DNA from: a virus
Taxonomy: Duplodnaviria; Caudoviricetes
Direction: 5' to 3' (one strand)
Length of the DNA stretch: 61,479 nucleotides
IMG/VR virus record: IMGVR_UViG_3300009155_000068
Span: 1-61,479 of that record
Below are positions 57,567-61,479 of the stretch, in pieces. A program made the translations under genes and the position numbers. The notes beneath the pieces are model-generated. The model made no database searches, was not told the DNA's origin, and worked only from the letters and a program-made list of their open reading frames with translations. Each line of letters begins with the position of its first letter. Position 1 is the stretch's first letter.

Positions 57567-58184
57567 ATGACCTCATTTAAAGAATACCTATCAGAAAGCA
57601 AAAAAACTTACCCGTTCAGGGTTAAAGTTGCCGGCGAAATACAAAAAGATCTAGCATCTCGAGTTAAAGAAGCCTTGGCAAAATACGACTGCAAAAAAGT
57701 AAGTGCAGCCAAAAGAACACCTATTCAAGAAACTCACATGGACTTTCCAGAACTTAAAAATATAGAAGTTAATACATTTGAGATTGAATTAAACTATCCC
57801 ACAACTAGTTTTGTTTTAAGAAATGATCTAGCCGAAAGATTAAATATTTCTCAAGCATTGATCAAAGTACGTAATCCTATGGAAGAAGCAGAAGCAGAAA
57901 TGAATCATGCTCATATGCTTGCACCAGGACAGGGCGAGTCGTTATTAGAGAAAGATTACGAAACAAATGCCAACGGTCAAAAGTTAGTGGGACAAGATCA
58001 TGTTACCAGTTTCTTAAAAGAACTTAACAAGATTAATGCTGAACGCAAGGCAAAAATTGTAAAGCACGAAGGTAAAGAAGAAGGTGGCATGAGTGATCCA
58101 GAATTTGAAACTCCTAAAGAAGGTCGTAAAAGTCCATTAGGTGCTGTTAAGAATCCTGACCCTAGACAAGGAAAAACAAAATGA
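57567..58184 (+). CDS. Hypothetical protein, probable internal head protein (start revised to MTSFKEYLSE)
   Basis: TAAATA at 57543-57548 overlaps the upstream stop; N-terminus resembles the T4 capsid-targeting sequence. Confidence 0.7.
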   Translation: MTSFKEYLSESKKTYPFRVKVAGEIQKDLASRVKEALAKYDCKKVSAAKRTPIQETHMDFPELKNIEVNTFEIELNYPTTSFVLRNDLAERLNISQALIKVRNPMEEAEAEMNHAHMLAPGQGESLLEKDYETNANGQKLVGQDHVTSFLKELNKINAERKAKIVKHEGKEEGGMSDPEFETPKEGRKSPLGAVKNPDPRQGKTK

Positions 58185-59050
58185 ATTTTATAGACTTATA
58201 CAAAAAAATTAGAACGCTAGACGAAGCAGATCCGGGACAAGCTGCTCAACCTGTTAGTCCAGCAATGGCTAGAGTTGCCGCAGCAAAAGCAGCAGGGACA
58301 TTACCGGCTGCTCCTGTAGGGCTATCTACAACAAATACCGGAAACGTTCCGGGCGCACAACCAGTAGGCGGATCAAGTGCAGCAATGTCAAATCCAGTTG
58401 CTACAAAAACTAATATTGCTCCAGGTCAACCGTTGCCGGCAAATGCTGGCGCTGTAAAAGGCGAATCAATGGGAGATAAAGAAGTAGAAGAATGTGGTCC
58501 AATGGGTCCGAGTGGTATGATGGGTATGCGTGATCAACAGCCTGATAATGTCAGCATGAATCTCAGCATGAACGGACAAGGCCCAGGTGGTATCCGTGAC
58601 CTATTGGATATACTAAAAGACATCGGCAATACATCATCAGAACCAGATGCAGGCCCTGGCGATCTAGAATTAGCTATTGGAAGCATGAGTCATCCGCATG
58701 ACGAGCCTGAACATGACGAAGAAGACGGTCTTGTGTTTGGTAACGACTTAGAAGGAGTTGAACCTCCAAAACACTACGGCGGACAAGGAGTCCCAGGTGC
58801 AAAATTTGACCTTTACATGCAACAACGTAAAGATCAACTAGCCGGACAAAAACCAGTTGGAGAAGAATATGGCAATGAGCCTAACGAGATGTACTCTACA
58901 GTTGATGATGTAGTAAACATGGGTTCAAATGACGGTCGTGGCGATAACGAGCGTCCAAAAGTCAACGGTGGTGGTAATCCGTATGCTGTTACTTCAGAAG
59001 GCATTAAAAGACAATTACAAAATCTATATTACGAAGTTAAAAGTAGATAA
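58181..59050 (+). CDS. Hypothetical low-complexity protein, probable internal head protein
   Basis: Pro/Gly/Glu-rich; MNFIDLYKKI start; AAGGA SD. Confidence 0.7.
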   Translation: MNFIDLYKKIRTLDEADPGQAAQPVSPAMARVAAAKAAGTLPAAPVGLSTTNTGNVPGAQPVGGSSAAMSNPVATKTNIAPGQPLPANAGAVKGESMGDKEVEECGPMGPSGMMGMRDQQPDNVSMNLSMNGQGPGGIRDLLDILKDIGNTSSEPDAGPGDLELAIGSMSHPHDEPEHDEEDGLVFGNDLEGVEPPKHYGGQGVPGAKFDLYMQQRKDQLAGQKPVGEEYGNEPNEMYSTVDDVVNMGSNDGRGDNERPKVNGGGNPYAVTSEGIKRQLQNLYYEVKSR

Positions 59051-59068
59051 ACTGACTTTAAGTCGCTC

Positions 59069-59097
59069 AAATGGGTTCTTCGGAGCCCATTTTTTTT
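59069..59097 (+). terminator. Rho-independent terminator with UUCG loop
   Basis: ATGGGTTC-TTCG-GAGCCCAT-TTTTTTT. Confidence 0.9.
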
Positions 59098-59109
59098 GTA
59101 AATAAACAT

Positions 59110-60702
59110 ATGGGAAAAAGCCTCGACGGCGTCTTAATCAAGAAAGCGCACAAACAAGAAAGATTTACTGAACAACAAGTTCAAGAAATGCTTGCCTGCG
59201 CGGATCCAGTCACGGGTTACGATTATTTTGTCAAACATTTCTTTTACATACAACATCCTGTAAAAGGAAAATTATTATTTGAACCTTATGGATATCAAGA
59301 ACGACTGCTACAAAGTTATCATGATAATAGATTTAACATCAACATGCTGCCACGTCAAAGCGGCAAGACTACCTGTGCTGCTGGATATTTGTTGTGGTTT
59401 GCCATGTTTCATCCTGATCAAACTATTCTTGTGGCTGCACACAAATATACAGGCGCACAAGAAATCATGCAGCGTATTCGCTATGCCTATGAAGATTGTC
59501 CAGATCATATTCGTGCAGGTGCCACAAACTATAATAAGGGCAGTATAGAATTTGACAACGGTAGTCGTATAGTCAGTGCAACAACTACGGGCAACACAGG
59601 ACGTGGTATGAGTATATCTTTACTCTACTGTGACGAGTTTGCCTTTGTTCAACCTAACATTGCTACAGAATTTTGGACTTCAATCTCACCAACACTGGCC
59701 ACTGGTGGTCGTGCAATTATTACATCAACGCCCAACAGTGACGAAGATGAATTTGCAACTATCTGGAAAGAGGCCAATAAGAAATTTGACGACTTTGGCA
59801 ACGAGACTCCCTTGGGGATCAATGGATTTTTTGCCTACACAGCACACTGGAACGAACATCCTGATAGAGATGATGCATGGGCATCAATTGAAAAAGGAAG
59901 GATTGGTGAAGAACGCTTCCGTCGTGAATACGGTTGCGAGTTCTTAATCTATGACGAAACATTGATTAACAGCATTAAACTTAGTGAGATCCAAGGCAAA
60001 GAGCCTATATCACGCATGGGACAGGCTAGAATCTATAAGAAGCCAACAGCAGGAAATATATATGTGATTAGCCTAGATCCTAGCCTAGGGACAGGCGGAA
60101 ACTATTCCGCTATTCAAGTTATTGAATTACCTAGCTTTGAGCAAGTTGCAGAATGGCATCACAACGAAACACCCATACAAGGACAAATCCGTGTGCTTAG
60201 AGACATATTAAAGTGGATTGAAGATAGTGTGGGATCAGACAACTCTGGCGACATATATTGGTCCATTGAAAACAATAATATTGGAGAAGCTGGGCTAGTA
60301 GTTATTAAAGACATAGGTGAAGATCAGTTTCCCGGATTGTTTGTATCAGAGCCAATGAAAAAAGGACATATACGTAAATTTCGAAAAGGTTTTAATACTA
60401 CACACGGTAGTAAAATTGCTGCATGTGCCAGACTAAAGCACTTAATTGAAGCAGATACTTTTAAAATCCATAGTAAACCCTTGATTATTGAGCTTAAAGC
60501 CTTCATAGCACACGGTGTTAGTTTCAAAGCAAAAGTTGGAGAATATGACGATCTAGTATCAGCAGTATTACTGATAGTACGCATGAGTCAAGTGCTTGCT
60601 GACTGGGACCCGAGGGTTTTTGAAACATTAAGCAGTCGCGGAGAATTTGATCAAGAAGATTACGAGCCGCCAATGCCAATATTTGTTTCTTCAGGCATGT
60701 GA
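59110..60702 (+). CDS. gp17: Terminase large subunit (start revised to ATG 59110)
   Basis: PRQSGKT Walker A, LLYCDE Walker B, ITSTPN, SLDPS.G.G and YDDLV nuclease motifs. ATG 59071 sits inside the terminator, and TAAATA lies at 59099-59104. Confidence 0.96.
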   Translation: MGKSLDGVLIKKAHKQERFTEQQVQEMLACADPVTGYDYFVKHFFYIQHPVKGKLLFEPYGYQERLLQSYHDNRFNINMLPRQSGKTTCAAGYLLWFAMFHPDQTILVAAHKYTGAQEIMQRIRYAYEDCPDHIRAGATNYNKGSIEFDNGSRIVSATTTGNTGRGMSISLLYCDEFAFVQPNIATEFWTSISPTLATGGRAIITSTPNSDEDEFATIWKEANKKFDDFGNETPLGINGFFAYTAHWNEHPDRDDAWASIEKGRIGEERFRREYGCEFLIYDETLINSIKLSEIQGKEPISRMGQARIYKKPTAGNIYVISLDPSLGTGGNYSAIQVIELPSFEQVAEWHHNETPIQGQIRVLRDILKWIEDSVGSDNSGDIYWSIENNNIGEAGLVVIKDIGEDQFPGLFVSEPMKKGHIRKFRKGFNTTHGSKIAACARLKHLIEADTFKIHSKPLIIELKAFIAHGVSFKAKVGEYDDLVSAVLLIVRMSQVLADWDPRVFETLSSRGEFDQEDYEPPMPIFVSSGM

Positions 60703-60713
60703 TAAATAGTACT

Positions 60714-61479
60714 ATGAACGCAAATCTAAATAATATTGCAGAAGAACTTTTTGGAAAGATTCGTACAAGATTTCCTAAAATTGACATGGGTGACGAGCAA
60801 GGCAAAGTCATCGAAAATAATGAACAGGTCAAAAAGGCACGATTTTTTGACTTTGACTACATTAAAGAGGGTGTAAGTCTAGGCTCAGTTAGTATAAAGC
60901 TATCTGAAGATGACGGCCTTACTGTGATGTACAGCAATGACATTGCTGAAGGACAACCTCAAACTGTTGTCAACGAATGGTACGGATTTTTAAAATCTTT
61001 ACGCGAGTTTGCAAGAAGAAGATTACTAAATTTTGATACTAGAGATCTTGTAAAATCTAATCTAGACAAGAGAGACTATAATTTTTTAGCTAAGAATAGC
61101 GGAGAAGGCAAAATGACTGAAAGTAAATTAAGGGGAACTAATAGAACTAGTTTCCAAGATGTAGGTGAAGCCAAGATCATTGTTAGACATTCGCAGAATG
61201 TAAACTACGATAATCCCGCTGGACGTACACTGCACATTGAAAGCATCTTTATTGAAAATGCCAACGGTGAACGTTTCCTATACCCACACAAACACCTTAA
61301 TGGTGCAAGAGCCATGGCTCAGCATGTAGCACACGGCGGCAAACCATATGATGATATTGGCCAACACGTTATTGGACTCTCAGAAGAACTATCAAAACTA
61401 CGTTTCTTCAAGGGCTATGTTAGCCGTCAAGACCAAATATCAGAAGCAATGGGGTCAGTTACTGACAAAGTTATTGAAC
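60714..61479 (+). CDS. Hypothetical late protein, 3'-truncated by window
   Basis: TAAATA 60703-60708, then ATG; open frame MNANLNNIAEELFGKIRTRFP...GARAMAQHVAHGGKPYDDIG runs off the end (not in the ORF track). Confidence 0.8.
   Translation, partial: MNANLNNIAEELFGKIRTRFPKIDMGDEQGKVIENNEQVKKARFFDFDYIKEGVSLGSVSIKLSEDDGLTVMYSNDIAEGQPQTVVNEWYGFLKSLREFARRRLLNFDTRDLVKSNLDKRDYNFLAKNSGEGKMTESKLRGTNRTSFQDVGEAKIIVRHSQNVNYDNPAGRTLHIESIFIENANGERFLYPHKHLNGARAMAQHVAHGGKPYDDIGQHVIGLSEELSKLRFFKGYVSRQDQISEAMGSVTDKVIE

Noticed and set aside
59071-59109. Longer gp17 start at 59071
   Set aside because: That ATG lies within the UUCG terminator stem, upstream of the TAAATA promoter; 59110 fits better.
1-61479. 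Stop-codon reassignment, inteins or introns in core genes, CRISPR arrays, tRNA genes
   Set aside because: Core genes are intact in the standard code and all three stop codons are used. I saw no intein-like insertion in gp17, gp20 or gp23, no repeat-spacer array and no cloverleaf by eye. A tRNAscan/CRISPR scan was not run.

Overview
This window is the virion morphogenesis region of a large T4-like myovirus (AT-rich, standard genetic code). It resembles uncultured aquatic T4-like phages, but the host cannot be determined from the sequence. In order, it contains: the end of a gp46/SbcC-like ATPase; a stand-alone GIY-YIG nuclease followed by a ~440-nt highly structured non-coding region; a gp26/gp51-like pair divergent from a tape-measure-like gene; the head module (gp20 portal, acidic core, gp21, gp22, gp23); a 2OG-Fe(II) oxygenase; a ~33.6-kb block of fibre/adhesin genes (up to 2439 aa, with beta-helix, LamG, Calx-beta-like and C1q-like modules); NUDIX; gp15/gp14/gp13; dNMP kinase behind a sigma70-type promoter; an HNH-like Zn protein; gp18, gp19, gp4, gp16, gp17; and a truncated final ORF. 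Most notable: (1) the GIY-YIG gene plus large structured RNA candidate; (2) four tandem phycobiliprotein-like C-x-R-D repeats in a giant fibre protein; (3) a T-TTT-TTC -1 slippery site that would fuse the gp26-like and gp51-like ORFs next to the tape measure gene; (4) many TAAATA late promoters only 4-7 nt before ATG, suggesting leaderless mRNAs; (5) T4 capsid-targeting-like N-termini on unknown proteins. All calls come from motif recognition by eye; no database search or folding calculation was run.
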